From: Octopus bimaculoides
Lineage: Eukaryota
Assembly: GCF_001194135.2 (NCBI RefSeq)
Contig: NC_068981.1
Coordinates: 102,090,941 to 102,149,130, forward strand
DNA: 58,190 nt
Direction of reading: 5' to 3'
The translations under genes were made by a program, and so were the position numbers. This document shows, piece by piece, positions 38,556 through 51,809 of the stretch. The notes under the pieces are model-generated. The model saw nothing but the letters and a program-made list of their open reading frames with translations, did not search any database and was not told the DNA's origin. Position 1 is the stretch's first letter. Every line of letters starts with the position of its first letter.

Positions 38556-40304
38556 AGTTATTGAGAAATCAGTCGAACATCAAAACGAAATTATTTTTAG
38601 ACAGAAATGTAAAATACCATTGTTTATTTTTTTTATATATATTGTAAGCTTTGTAGTAGAAAATGTTGTTGTTATTGTTATCGCGCTTGTATAATCAGTA
38701 AGAAATTAAAAACTGAATGAAATAGAAAAGAAAACATTTATTGCACTTTACAAAATGGGGGGGAATAAAAATAGTCACTATTAACTTCCTAACTATTAAG
38801 TTCAGCGTAAAGACTTGAAATTGTTTGATTTTATTCAAAAGAATTTGAATAAAGAACAGTCAGATGTGCAAGTACAAACTAGAAGTCAAATCATGCAATT
38901 GTTTCTGCTATTATGCAGGTTTTTGTCAATGCAAATTAGCAGCAACGTGAAATGAAAACAGGGCAATCAGTGCTAGTACAATACAAATGTTTTTTACACA
39001 CCTGCATTAGTTAAACTGATTTCCAGCAATGTTTACAAACGGTGTTTGGTACAAGAAGATGTTGCAATGCTAGTTATTCGTTTTGACAAGCAGATCTGTA
39101 TAGCTAAGAAGTTTGCTACTTAACCACATAGTTCCAGAGTCAGAACCACTGTACAACATCTTGGGTAAGTGTCTTCTACTTGCAAGGTAATTTCATAGAC
39201 AGAAACTGAAGGAAGTACGCACGCACACAGTGTAGATCCTGACAGGATAAGAATTAGTATATTGCCAAAGCAGCACTCAACCTGACCATCTGCACTCCTG
39301 CACGAGTATATTGAGAAAAATTTGAAATCCACTGGTACAGAAACTCCATGTACATCATTAATGAAAGCAGTGTATGAATTTTACAAAAAGTAATATAAGA
39401 GCACACGACTTGATGCTAGACTTTATGAAATCATTTACATGCAATGGTATTAGAAATGGAGTGCTACAGAAATTGTAACTAATAATAAAGTTATTTATTC
39501 AAACTCATGCTATTGACCCATTTGAGTAATTTCCATTAGCTAAAATTATCTTTAATTATGAAAGTGAATAATGTCATTATTGTTTGAACTCAAATCAAGC
39601 AGACTCAGAAACAAATGTTCTAGACATGACCAGGCCATCATTTTTGTATGTTCAGGACTACATTGTCCACTGTCCCCTTCTTTTTTAAGTTAGTAGGCCA
39701 CGATTTGAGTGAGATTTGGTTGCTTTATCTTGCAAGTTAAGTGACCACATCAAAACTCCTTTGTTGGCAAATATATATTGTTGTTAGTGTTTATTATTTC
39801 AGTTCCAGGACTCACTTGATCGAACAGATGTATTTTTAAAGACAATCAAAATATGGCTCTCACTAGGGTTTTATTTAAAGAAGTCTTGACTGCTATATCC
39901 AAATCAGGTATCAGCATTGAAGGGCTTTTCGTGGATTGTGTATGATGTGGCCAGATTACGTGTGAAAGATAAAAACAAACTGAGTATTTTATACAGATAT
40001 AGGGTAAAAATTAATAATTAATTGATAATTAGTAATTCTACCAAGTAGTTCGGTGTGTTAAAAACCATTATCGGTAAATGTATAAACACAATTTAAAATT
40101 TAGGGTTCAGCAAGTATTGCTTCACCACACACCGAAAATTAGAAATAGCAGCCAAAAAACTACTATTTTTCTACTAAAATACAACTCCCAAAAAGTAATA
40201 CTCGCAAATTACAAAGGTAAAAAAGGAAAAACTAACAAATCTACCTGACCTTGATTAATTGTAGACGTGCATTTCTAGATTAATGAGGTGTAAAATATAT
40301 TTAC

Positions 40305-40393
40305 CCAAACATATATCCTTCACCAGCACAATTTTTCACAATAATAAATCCGAGAATGTTAATAAAAGAATAATAAATTCGACCAGACGACAT
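40305..40393 (-). CDS. Candidate exon 1 coding part: signal-peptide-like MSSGRIYYSFINILGFIIVKNCAGEGYMF(G)
   Basis: ATG at 40393, with another in-frame ATG at 40417. Basic n-region, hydrophobic core and C-A-G small-residue motif. The donor GG/gtaaat is in phase 2, matching exon 2. Confidence 0.45.
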
Positions 40394-40394
40394 C

Positions 40395-40474
40395 AAATGA
40401 TTATCCAAGACCAGCATTTCTGTATTTATATAGACGAGCGAGAAAATCGTATTAATTCCTCAATCACCCACGTG
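40395..40474 (-). promoter_or_regulatory. Candidate Pol II core promoter: E-box, TATA, Inr
   Basis: CACGTG at 40469-40474, TATAAA at 40430-40425 and Inr-like TCATTT at 40400-40395 (TATA at about -32). Unique sequence with about ten CpGs in ~220 bp. Confidence 0.4.
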
Positions 40475-40742
40475 CGTTACGAGTAATCCAGAACTCCAAG
40501 AATGAATGAATATTCTGACATGATATAATGCTTTCTAATTTTGGTACAAGACCAGCAACTTTAAGTTGGTTACATTGACCACACTAATTGATTGGTGCTT
40601 TATTTTATCAACCACTGAAAGATGAAAGGCGAAGTTGACCTTGGTAGTATTTGAACTCAGAACATAAAGAGCTAGAAGGAATGCTGCTAAGTATTTTGTC
40701 CAATGTGCTAATGGTTCTGTGCTTATATGGCTTGCCACCATA

Positions 40743-42027
40743 TCTATATATATAAAAATGAGAATGTGTGTCTGTCTGTCTGTGTGAATCCCTAAAACTC
40801 GAGAACTACACAACCAATTTCATTCAAATTTTACAGATGCCTTACTTAGGGTTCCAGTTGTGTTTTAGTCAAAAAACATTTTAACTTCTTGCAGAGTTCG
40901 AGCCCACAGCAACATAATATCTCCTCCACTATTTAAGTATTACGTGTCAAAAGTGAAACAAAAACACTCATGTCAAATACTTTCACTTTAAAAATGAAAC
41001 TATTCAACTAACTGAAACAATCACATTTCGATACTGTAATGACAGATACTTTCAGAGAGAGAGAGAAAGAGAGATGTATATGTANNNNNNNNNNNNNNNN
41101 NNNNNNNNNNNNNNNNNNNNNNNNNNNNNNNNNNNNNNNNNNNNNNNNNNNNNNNNNNNNNNNNNNNNNNNNNNNNNNNNNNNNNNNNNNNNNNNNNNNN
41201 NNNNNNNNNNNNNNNNNNNNNNNNNNNNNNNNNNNNNNNNNNNNNNNNNNNNNNNNNNNNNNNNNNNNNNNNNNNNNNNNNNNNNNNNNNNNNNNNNNNN
41301 NNNNNNNNNNNNNNNNNNNNNNNNNNNNNNNNNNNNNNNNNNNNNNNNNNNNNNNNNNNNNNNNNNNNNNNNNNNNNNNNNNNNNNNNNNNNNNNNNNNN
41401 NNNNNNNNNNNNNNNNNNNNNNNNNNNNNNNNNNNNNNNNNNNNNNNNNNNNNNNNNNNNNNNNNNNNNNNNNNNNNNNNNNNNNNNNNNNNNNNNNNNN
41501 NNNNNNNNNNNNNNNNNNNNNNNNNNNNNNNNNNNNNNNNNNNNNNNNNNNNNNNNNNNNNNNNNNNNNNNNNNNNNNNNNNNNNNNNNNNNNNNNNNNN
41601 NNNNNNNNNNNNNNNNNNNNNNNNNNNNNNNGGTACAACAGTGTAAGACTACCCTTTCAGATATACTTTCATTGTGATTTCTGCAATGTGGTGCATAAAT
41701 TGTCAAGTAAATGAGACGCATCTTTGCCTCCACTGATTCACTTGCAAAGTGTTGAGTAAAATAAATTTTGTTGCAGACCTCCTTTGGGTCTTTTTATTAT
41801 CACTACGACACATAGTCCCCAGTTGGTAACATTGATTTCAAGGCCCTCCTAGATGAGAGACTGGCATTCCACTTAATGTCTATGTTCCATGCTGGCATGG
41901 ATTGGAGAGTTATTAATCTAGAAATATGGTATCATAGCTACTAACAGTTGAGGGTTGCGTAGCCTAGACGGCGTTTTTAGATTTCATTATTCTCTTTAAC
42001 CCGGGCAAAGCCGGGTATTTCTGCTAG
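40743..42027 (+). mobile_element. Non-autonomous Helitron (contains an N gap)
   Basis: 5' A|TCTATATATATAAAAATG, 3' hairpin ACCCGGGCAAAGCCGGGT (41999-42016), then CTAG|T. The insertion is between A and T with no TSD. Confidence 0.8.
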
Positions 42028-42865
42028 TAAGATATAAATAATTCTTTCTAATTTTGGCACAAGACCAGAACTTTTGATGGGAGGGGAGCATGTTTATTAC
42101 ATCATCTCCAGTGGTAATTATTCAAGCAACTCCAAAAGGCTGGAAGGCAACCTTGGTGGCATTTGAACTCAGAATGCAAACCCAAAAGAAATGTCAGTAA
42201 ACACTTTCTCTAACATGCTAATCATTCTGCCAGCTTGCTGCTTTATGAGGTTATAAATAATAATAATAATATTGTGCAGATCAAAAATTGATGGCTGTTG
42301 AAAAGAGATGAATAAAAAAAATCAGTCCTGTGCAATAGCAGTTTTGATTTTTATTTTTTATTAAGCTCTAACACTAACATTTTAGTGACCATATTTAAAA
42401 TGAGTACACTGCTTGTGTATTTCACATAATTTTGGAAATGATCAATCATTGACATTTTTCTTTTCATTATAACGTTTGGAATATAACTTAACAAAGGATT
42501 CCAGCATAAAACTGACAGAAGATTTTAATCTAATAATGGACATTCAAATAAATCAATATTAAAATGGTTAATAATAAGGGTTTTCAGTGCAGTGGAAAAG
42601 CCTCAAGTTATGTCTGTTTAATATCTCACATTTGTTCATTTATTTCATATCCTACATTCATCATCATCATTGTCATTTTTGTGTTTACTATGAGTTAGAC
42701 AGGCATCTTTGAGGTAGATTTTCTACAGTTGAATTCCCTTCCTGTTGCTAACCTTAACTTGTTTCCAAGCAAAGTAATATTTCCTTATGACTGTATGTGT
42801 TGCCACAAGATTGGAAACAAATTACACAGCTTGTATGATGGTGATATTCATTTACAAGTAACACA

Positions 42866-45640
42866 CTTAAGGATCCTCTGAATGGACAAAGATTTAGAGA
42901 TGTATTACTTGAAGCTTTTGATGAAAAAGAGGAGGATATAGCATTACATAATGTGGAGGACAACTGGAGGTTCTTATGGGATAACCTGTTGAGGGCTACT
43001 GACCAGATCTGTGGCTAGTGCAAAGTCTCCTCTTACCCTAAGGTAACATGGTGGTGGAACAATGTAGTTGACAGGGCCATTAGGGAAAAGAAACAGGCAT
43101 GGAAGGACTGGAAGTGTGGTGGTAGCAGGGAAATGTATCAGATTGTCAGAAGGGAAGCTTGGAGAAAGATTTACTTAGCCAGAAGGGAAGCAGATAAGAA
43201 AAAATTTGCCAATGTTCTGCATCATGAGGACCAGAAACTTGAAGTGTTTTGTATTGCAAGATAGTGTGTGAGAGAGAATCGTGATGTCATAGGAGAGAAA
43301 TGTGCCCACGTGGATGATGGCTCACTTGCATTTAATGATGCTGCAAAGAGAGAGACTTGGAGATGGCACTATGAAAGGTTGCTAAGTGAAGAGAATGAAT
43401 GGGAGAAAGAGAGTCTGCCAAATGTTGACCAGCTATTCGAATTGACAGTACCTTGGTAGATAAAGCAATTAAGGGTACAAAAAGAGGGAAAGCCCTCAGC
43501 CCATCAGGAATCACTGCTGAGATGCTTAAAATATTCTAGCGATGTAGGCTATAGTCTAATCACCTGTATAGTTAACCAGGTTGTACATGAAGGAGTCATA
43601 CCCAATGACTGGTGTAGCAGCACCATAGTCAACTACTACCAAGGTAAAAGTGATGCATTAGATACGAATAATTACAGAGGTAGCAAATTGCTGGATCAGG
43701 TGATGAAAGTCACAGAGAGGATCATAGCCCAACTAATTAGGGAGAGAGTTAATTTATATGAGATGCAGTTTGGGTTTGTGCCAGGGAGAAGCACCACTGA
43801 TGCTATATTTCTGGTAAGACAGCTGCAGGAGAAATTCCTAGCCAAAGATAAACCTCTGTACTTGGCTTTCATTGACATGGAGAAAGCCTTTGACAGGGTC
43901 CCCCGATTGCTTATCTGGTAGTCAATGAGGAAACTAGGGATAGATGAGTGGTTGGTGAGAGTTGTACAAGCCATGTACAGGGATGGTGTCAGTAAGGTGA
44001 GGGTTAGCAATGAGTATAGTGAAGAATTCCGGGTAGAAGTAGGGGTTCACCAAGGATCAGTCCTCAGCCCCCTCTTATTCATCATAGTCCTCCAAGCAAT
44101 AACCAAGGAATTCAAGACAGGCTGCACCTGGGAGCTCCTCTATACTGATGACCTTGCTCTAATAGCTGAGTCACTACCAGAACTAGAGAAGAAGTTTCAG
44201 GTGTGGAAGCAAGGTCTAGAATTGAAGTCAATCTAGCAAAAACTAAAGTCTTAGTAAGTAGGAAGGTACCCTTCAGGTAGATGGCCCTGCTCGATCTGTA
44301 GAAAAGGTGTAGGCAGAAACTCCATAAGATGCACCCAGCGTAAGCTATGAACACATAAGAGGTGTAGCAATATCAAAGGTAAGTTAACTAGGAAGATGGT
44401 TTTTGTGTGTGGCAGATGCACGGGCAATAAACACTGAAAATGTACAGAAAACAGATTCCATCACATGCCAGGGAGAAAAACTAGAAGTAGTTGATAGCTT
44501 CCATTACCTAGGTGGCCAAGTCAGTGGTGGGGGTGGATGCTCTGAGAGCATAGATGCTAGAATAAGAATAGCCTGGGCAAAATTCAGAGAGCTCCTACCT
44601 CTGCTGGTAACAAAGGGCCTCTCATTTAGAGTGAAAGGTAGACTGTATGATGCATATGTATGAACAGCTTTGCTACACAGCAGTGAAACGTGGGCTGTGA
44701 CTGCTGAGAACATGCATAGGCTCGAAAGAAATTAAGCTAGTATGCTCCACTGGATGTGTAATGTCAGTGTGCATACACAATAGAGTGTATGTGTCCTGAG
44801 AGAAAAGTTGGACATAAGAAGCATCAAATGTGGTGTGCAAGAGAGACGACTGCACTGGTATGGTCATGTGCTGTGTATAGATGAAGCCAGCTGTGTGAAG
44901 AAGTGTCACACCCTAACAGTGGAGGGAACCTGTAGAAGAAGTAGATCCAGGAAGACATAGAATGAGGTGGTAAAGCATGACTTTTGAACGTTGGATCTCA
45001 CAGAGGTAATGACAAGCGACTTTTGGAGATATGCTGTGTTTAAGAAGACTCAGCGAGCCAAGTGAGATTGTAGCTGTGGCTGATGCCAGTGTCACATAAC
45101 TAGCCCATTTAAAAGTACCCTTCAATCATCAGGCAATATGCTGTGCTTGAGAAAACCTGTTGAGTCAAGTGAAATCATAGATGTGACCAATGCCAGTTCC
45201 GCCTGATGGGCACCCGTGCTGGTAGCACATAAAAAGCATCATTCAAGCCTGGCCAATGCCAGTACTGGCAGCATGTAAAAAGGACTATTCGAGCTTGGTC
45301 GATGCTAGTGTCGTGTGATTAGCTCCTGTGCTGGTAGCATGTAAAAAGCACCATTTGAGCGTGATTGATGCCAGTGCCACCTGACTAGCTCCCATGCCAG
45401 TGGCATGTAAAAGGCATGTAAAAAATGTGTGGTTGATGCCAGTACTGCTTGACTGGCCCCCATACCGGTAACATGTAAAAAGCACCCACTACACTCCCAG
45501 AGTGGTTGGCATTAGGAAGGGCATCCAGCTGTAGAAATCTTCCCAGATCAGATTTTAGCCTGGTGCAGCCTCCTGGCTTGCCAGTCCACAGTGAAACTGT
45601 CCAACCCATGCCAATGGACATTAAACAACGATGATGATGA
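42866..45640 (+). mobile_element. RTE-clade LINE, 5' truncated, reverse transcriptase pseudogene
   Basis: QFGFVPGRSTTDAIFLVRQLQEK, AFIDMEKAFDRVP, VGVHQGSVLSPLLF and LLYTDDLAL (YADD-like). Multiple stops and frameshifts; (GAT)n tail. Confidence 0.97.
45082..45495 (+). repeat. Tandem array of ~66 nt units in the RTE 3' UTR
   Basis: Units begin (g/a)atgccagt at ~45082, 45189, 45255, 45301, 45367 and 45435. Most end in gcatgtaaaaagcacc-like sequence. Confidence 0.8.
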
Positions 45641-46764
45641 CACTAAGTCAGGACAAAGAGGTACACACACACACACACACAAGCTTCTTTTAGTTTCTGT
45701 CAACCATATCAGCTCACAAGGCTGGGGTTATAGTAGAAGACACTTGGGACTGAACCTGAAACCATGTGGTTGGGAAGTAAACTTCTTAACCATACTAATT
45801 GATTTAATATCACACATTTGCTCATTTATTTAATATTCCCTCCACATTTACTCTTTTAGTAATGCACATTCATTCATTCATTTAACATCTCAATTTTCTC
45901 TTATATTAAATATCTCATATCTCATGCTTATTTATTTACTTTCTATTTTGCTTTCACTCATGTTTTCTCATAATATTAAAATACTGGTTTCAAATTATAA
46001 GTATGTATGTGTATATGCATGTGTTTCATATATTCTCCTTATCTTCAGATGTTGCCACTAATTGTAAACAGATTTAACATCAGAGAAATAGTGTAATTTG
46101 TTTACAATCATCAGTGAAGCTATGTCCAATTACTGAGCTTTTCTGTTGTTCAAAGGAAGAGAGGAATATTACTTTACTGGGAAACAGGTGAAGGTTAGTG
46201 ATTGAAAGAGTACTCAGCTATAGAAAAATCTGTCGCGAGTTTCATTTGACCAATGCAAGCACAGAAAAGTGGATATTAAAATGATGATGTTAATGATCTC
46301 TCTCTCTCTCTTGATTGCTCTTTCTCACATTTTCCCACTGTCCCAGAATCAGCTATGCTGCACACTTAAGAGGGTTGTAGGGTATCATTTATAACATCCT
46401 TTACACCACAAAATAGAGAAGGTTTGAAGAAGGTGTTTAGTAATCTATTCTCATCAAACGTACTATAAAAAACATAAGAAATCAAAAACGACCAGGAACA
46501 TGGTAAATGCAGGTGAACTGATGTGCTTTCAATAAGGAACATTAAATAATAATAATAATAATAATCCTATCTGCTATCGGCACAATGTTTGAAATTTTTG
46601 GAGAGGTGGGCAGTCGATTAGACCGACCACAGTATGCAACTGGTACTTAATTTATCGACCCCGAAAGGATGAAAGGCAAAGCTGACCTCAGTGAAATTTG
46701 AACACAGAATGTAGTGACAGGCAAAATTTTGTCAGCATGCTAATGACTCCACCAGCTCACCCAG

Positions 46765-46990
46765 GAACCTTTTGAATGGGATGGGCTTCTTGACCTGAAT
46801 AAAATTCTGAGCCCCATCTGCAAGGTCATGTGTTGTTTATCTTGATATGAGATCACCATGTTGCACACATATGGTTGTGATGCTGGTGTACCCTTATTGG
46901 ACACTTAGTCTGATGGGTAGATTGCACTTCCTATATTTGTACCCCAGTGTCACTTTGATAGCATGTGCTACTCTCTTACTCAATAATAAT
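46765..46990 (+). mobile_element. Element X 3' part with (AAT)n tail
   Basis: Matches 32024-32200 in reverse orientation, with an extra internal segment. Confidence 0.65.
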
Positions 46991-47004
46991 AACTATAATA
47001 AAAA

Positions 47005-47262
47005 CTAGAGAGGGTTTCTACAAAAGTAATCCTAGTTGCTATAGGTGTCATAGGCACTGTCACCAACAGACTTAGCAGCTCCCTTATTGAGATTAATGTA
47101 ACTACAAGAGTGGCATTAATTCAGAAATATGCTCTGTTGGGAACAGCAAGGATTGTAAGAAAAGTCCTTGATGTCTAAATAAACTGGTAGTGACCTGGTA
47201 ACAAGGACATTGAATCGGAATGTAAAACATTCATGCACATCATGAATAATAATAATGATAAT
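47005..47262 (+). mobile_element. R4/Dong-like non-LTR 3' fragment, subfamily A
   Basis: LERVSTKVILVAIGVIGTV...IQKYALLGTARIVRKVLDV*, followed by a short UTR and (AAT)n. Confidence 0.8.
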
Positions 47263-47809
47263 CAACAGAAAAAAGATGGTATAAACACATGCCAGGAAAG
47301 GTCACAGAAAACGAGAAAGCAACCATACTCTGGGATATGCCAATACACACAGATAGAGAAATTAGGGCCAATAGACCAGATATAGTTGTCAAAGATCACG
47401 AAGGGAAAAAATGCTTTCTAATTGATGTATCAATACCAGCAGATGACAACGTTTCCCTAAAAGAAATGGGGGAACTTTCAAAATACAAAGACCTGGAAAT
47501 AGAGGTAACTCGAATGTGGAATCTAAAAACAGAAACAATTCCTATCATAGTAGGCGCCTTAGGTATAATAAAAAAATATTCAGACAAATACATAACAAAA
47601 ACACCAGGACTTACAAATATATATAACATACAGAAAACTGCACTACTGGGCACTGCACACATCCTACGCAAAACACTTTCAATACAGTAACCATAAGAGC
47701 ATCACAGCAAACCACAGCACATACCCAAGGCACACAGAGCTGCGCTCGGTAGTGAAGTGAAAGCACACTATAAAAATAAAACTACTGAATAATAATAATA
47801 ATAATAATA
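47263..47809 (+). mobile_element. R4/Dong-like non-LTR 3' fragment, subfamily B (restriction-like endonuclease domain)
   Basis: ORF 47289-47690 has WYKHMPGKVTEN, ILWD, NRPDIVV...LIDVSIP (PD..D motif) and QKTALLGTAHILRK. It is flanked by (AAT)n. Confidence 0.9.
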
Positions 47810-48419
47810 CTTTCTACTAAAGGCACAAGGCCTGAAATTTGTAGGGAGGGACTAAATTGATTACATCGACCCTAATGTTATATTGGTACTTATTTTACTA
47901 ACCTCGAGAGGATGAAAGGTAAAGTCGACCTCAGCAGAATTTGAACTCAGTATGCAAAGACAGATGAAATGCCACTAAGCATTTTTCCCGGCATACTAAC
48001 AATTCTGCCAGCTCAATGCCTTAAGAATAATAATAATGATAATAATAATAATAATGGTTTCAAATTTTAGCACAAGGCCATTCATTCTAGAGGAAGGTGC
48101 AACTGGTACTTATTTTACTGATCCTGAAATGATGAAAGGCAAAGTCAGCTTTGGCTGTATTTGGACCCATAATGTAGAGTCAGAAGAATTGCGGCTAAGC
48201 ATTTTTCCTGGGACAGTAACAAATCTGCCATTTCACCAACACCCAATAGTCAAAAACTTTACCTAAAAAAAAAAAAACTAAAAAGTAAAACATACATGCA
48301 ATATTTATTTAAATTCAGCAAAATTGTCTATTGATATATGGACATGAATGAGCTAAGCCTTAAACTTTTATTTATTTATTTATTAGGAGTGTGTGTGTGT
48401 AGGGGGGGGGAGTTAAGCT

Positions 48420-48770
48420 TAAGAAGAAGGAGAAAGCAAAAAGAAGGAAAGAAAGAAGAAGAAGGAGGAGGAGGAGGAGGAAAGAAAGAAAAAGAAGATG
48501 AAGAAAAAAAAGGAAAAGCAGATGGAGATAAGGTAGAAGTAGAAAGAAGAAAAGGAAGAAAAAAGAAAGAAGATATAAAAGATGAAGAAACAAAGAAAGA
48601 AAGATAAAGCAGAAGACAAAGAAGAAAGAAACAAGAAGTAGAAGATGGAGAAGAAAGAAAAGTCAGAAGATGAAGAAAGAAACAACAGTTGGAGAAGAAA
48701 GGAAAAGGAGATGAAGAAGAAAGAAGATGAAGACAAAGAAGAAAATGAAGAATGGAGGGGAAGAAGTGGG
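48420..48770 (+). repeat. Polypurine low-complexity tract (GAA/GGA-rich)
   Basis: Directly visible. Confidence 0.85.
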
Positions 48771-49885
48771 GAGGAAATTGTTTTTATCCAATAAAATTCA
48801 ATTGAGGCCAAAATGAAGAAAAGCTGCCATTTTCCATGATAGGAAATTGATTGATTAACATATTTTGGCAAGTTTAGTTGATGGCCTGGAGAGAGAGATT
48901 TTGGAATAAATATAAACCAATGTATGTTTTCTTGTAATACAATAAAAAGAAAAGACATAATAGAATTATCTTTCGATGTAGAAGAGAACAAACAAATCAA
49001 AAAGTGCAGAAATTTATTTAGTATAGCTGATAGAGGAGACTGCAGAAAATAATTATAAATAACGATAAACAAGATTTCTTACGAAAAAGAAAACAAAAAA
49101 AAAACGTTGACATCTTTACATCCAAATCTATGTCTGCTTGATCAGGGCTGGCCTGGGGTTGAACATATGTGTGCAAAACACTATCTCAGAATGTCTCATC
49201 ACACACATGCCTATTTGAAAAAGCAGATGTAAAAATGATGATGATGGTGATGATGATGGTGATGATGATGATGATGGTGATGATGGTGATGGTTATGATA
49301 TATATGTTGTCTGATGAAGCAATGGCACACTGTGAAAGCTCTAGAATGCCAAGCCAATGGACCAGGTTAAATGAATGACAGCACTCCATGTTTGTAATAA
49401 TCACACCTTCTCATGATTATTACCCAACAACGTGGAAAAAAAACACACACACACACAACACATTACCTACACATATGTTACATTCACACACACATATATA
49501 TTATGTAATATATCATATTATTTTATAGGTGTGGTTATGTGGTAAGAAGCTTGCTTCCTAACTACATGCTTCCAGGTTTAGTTCCACTGTGTGGCATCTT
49601 GGGCACTTCTATTGTAACCTCAGGCTCACCAAAGCCTTGTGAGCTGATTTGGTATACGTAAAATGAAAGAACCTCGTGTGTGTGTGTGTGTGTGTGCATG
49701 GGTCAACTGGTGTTGGTATGTTTACATCCCATGACTTAGAGGTTTGGTAAAAAAAATGATAAAATAAGTACCAGCATTAAAAAAAAGTACTGGGATTCAT
49801 TTGCGCAACTAAAATTCATCAAGGTGGGGCACCAGCCTGACCAGTGTCTAATGGCTGAAACAAGTACAATATAAAAAATATAAAA

Positions 49886-49923
<38 letters not shown>

Positions 49924-50057
49924 ACACATATATGACAGACATACACATACCTATATGTCATGCATATGGACAAGGACAGCTGTGTGAAGAAGTGTCAATC
50001 TCTAAATGTACAGAGACCCTGTGGAAGAGGTAGACCCAGACAGGACCTTGGTGCAGC

Positions 50058-50565
50058 TCTCTAGCTATGTGCCCCTGAAACTCAGGCTGTTGCAGTAACT
50101 GGTCGTGAAGCACAATGGCATTGCTGGGATCTTTGGCACTGTGCAGTGTGAACCTGTTCTGGCAGTGGTGTAGCTTTCAATGCCAAAATTTGGCACAATT
50201 CCTCCCAAGATCTTCCAGATGTATATTATTGCATACCTCTCCCACCTTCGCTCCAGGGAGTAGAGTCTTAAATGTTTCAGCCTTTTCCAGTAGCTGAGCT
50301 GTTGCAATGAGACAATCTTCTTTGTGAAGCTTCACTGGATTGCTTCAAGATCCACTGTTATTTTTACACTGTTGGGTGACCATAGCTGGGAGCAGTAATC
50401 CAGGCGGCTGAGGATGAATGTCCTCCAGAAGATCATCATGGTTTCCTTCTCTCTGGTTCTGAATGTTCTCAGGATCCATCCAGCCAGTCATCTGCACTTT
50501 GTCGCTATCCTGGTAATGTGCACTTGGAAAGAGGTATCATCCCTCATGTGGATACCCAGGCCCTC
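50058..50565 (-). mobile_element. CR1-clade LINE 3' coding fragment
   Basis: LGIHMRDD...WILRTFRTR...ILSRLDYCSQLWSP...LSYWKRLKHLRLYSLERRWERYAIIYIWKIL. Short RTE C-terminal fragments flank it at ~49960-50040 (+) and ~50635-50845 (-). Confidence 0.9.
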
Positions 50566-51122
50566 AAAATATCCAGGCCCTCTAAATATATATATTTACA
50601 TATTTACATCTATTTCTTTTTATCTATACTTTCATCACCTGGATAGATCTTCTTGCAACACCCTGTTACAACTTACAGTTCTTATCACCTCTTTTCTAAC
50701 CTCCAGTAACCTAAGAACTGACTTCACCACATCTATCCATGCCATGCTTAGTTTTCTCTTCCCTTTTCAATGGTTTGTTCCATATGAATATCCTGGCACT
50801 TTTTGATCCATCTGTCATCATTGATATCCATGACATGTTCAACACACAAACTGACTTTTTAACAGCTGACAATTTTTATTAACACACAAACACACATATA
50901 AGCATGTATTAATATATTCACACACAAACACACGAGGTATGTAGAGTTCAAGTAAAATTGCATCACTTACATGAGGTATGTACATGCACACACGCACACA
51001 CACACACACGGAACTGAAGAGTCTCAGCAAGATGCTGAGTACAGGGAAGCGCAATTGGCTGATAGCTAACAATTTATTCATTTGTGCATACATATGTATA
51101 CATATAAAGACATGTATATATG

Positions 51123-51170
<48 letters not shown>

Positions 51171-51619
51171 CATACATACATACATACACACATACAGACA
51201 TACATACATGCATACATACATACATACATGCATACATACATACATACAGAAGGGACATGCAGTCTGCATGGGCAACATATGTAGTGCCTACGAATACAAA
51301 AACCCATAAAAATGCTAATTTTATACACAGAATTCAGTGTATAATTTCATAAATGGCTAACAAGTTGCTGCCAGAAAAGCAAAGTTTATGATGTTAGGCA
51401 GTGCTTTTTAGCTGTAACGCTAATGAGCATAATGTCGTTAAGCCAATGTATCATATGTGATGTTCAATCAGGCATTAATCGTAGTGTCATAAAGGCAGAA
51501 ATCATTCAACCTTTTGTGAAATGTCTTTAAAGAGAAAGAAATATTTATGTGTGCTACATCCCATGAAGCTGGGCAAATTTTTTATATACACAGACACACA
51601 CGTACACACAAACACATAG

Positions 51620-51654
<35 letters not shown>

Positions 51655-51765
51655 TGAATAAATTACTTTTTTTATCAAAATATTGTATCATAATGATAAG
51701 GGCCATTGGTTGATGATTGACATTATCAATAATGCTTACTGCTTTGATATGCATAATATTTGAGC

Positions 51766-51807
<42 letters not shown>

Positions 51808-51809
<2 letters not shown>

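Noticed and set aside
40283-40486. 67-aa plus-strand ORF
   Set aside because: It is antisense to the candidate first exon and has no domain or promoter support.
45082-45495. Repeat-spacer-like array suggestive of CRISPR
   Set aside because: The units are degenerate full-length tandem repeats inside a eukaryotic LINE 3' UTR, with no unique spacers and no cas genes.
47289-47690. 133-aa ORF as a host nuclease gene
   Set aside because: It is the truncated C-terminus of an R4/Dong retrotransposon and has an (AAT)n tail.
48338-48607. K/E-rich ORF resembling a charged protein
   Set aside because: It is a polypurine low-complexity tract with no splice or promoter support.
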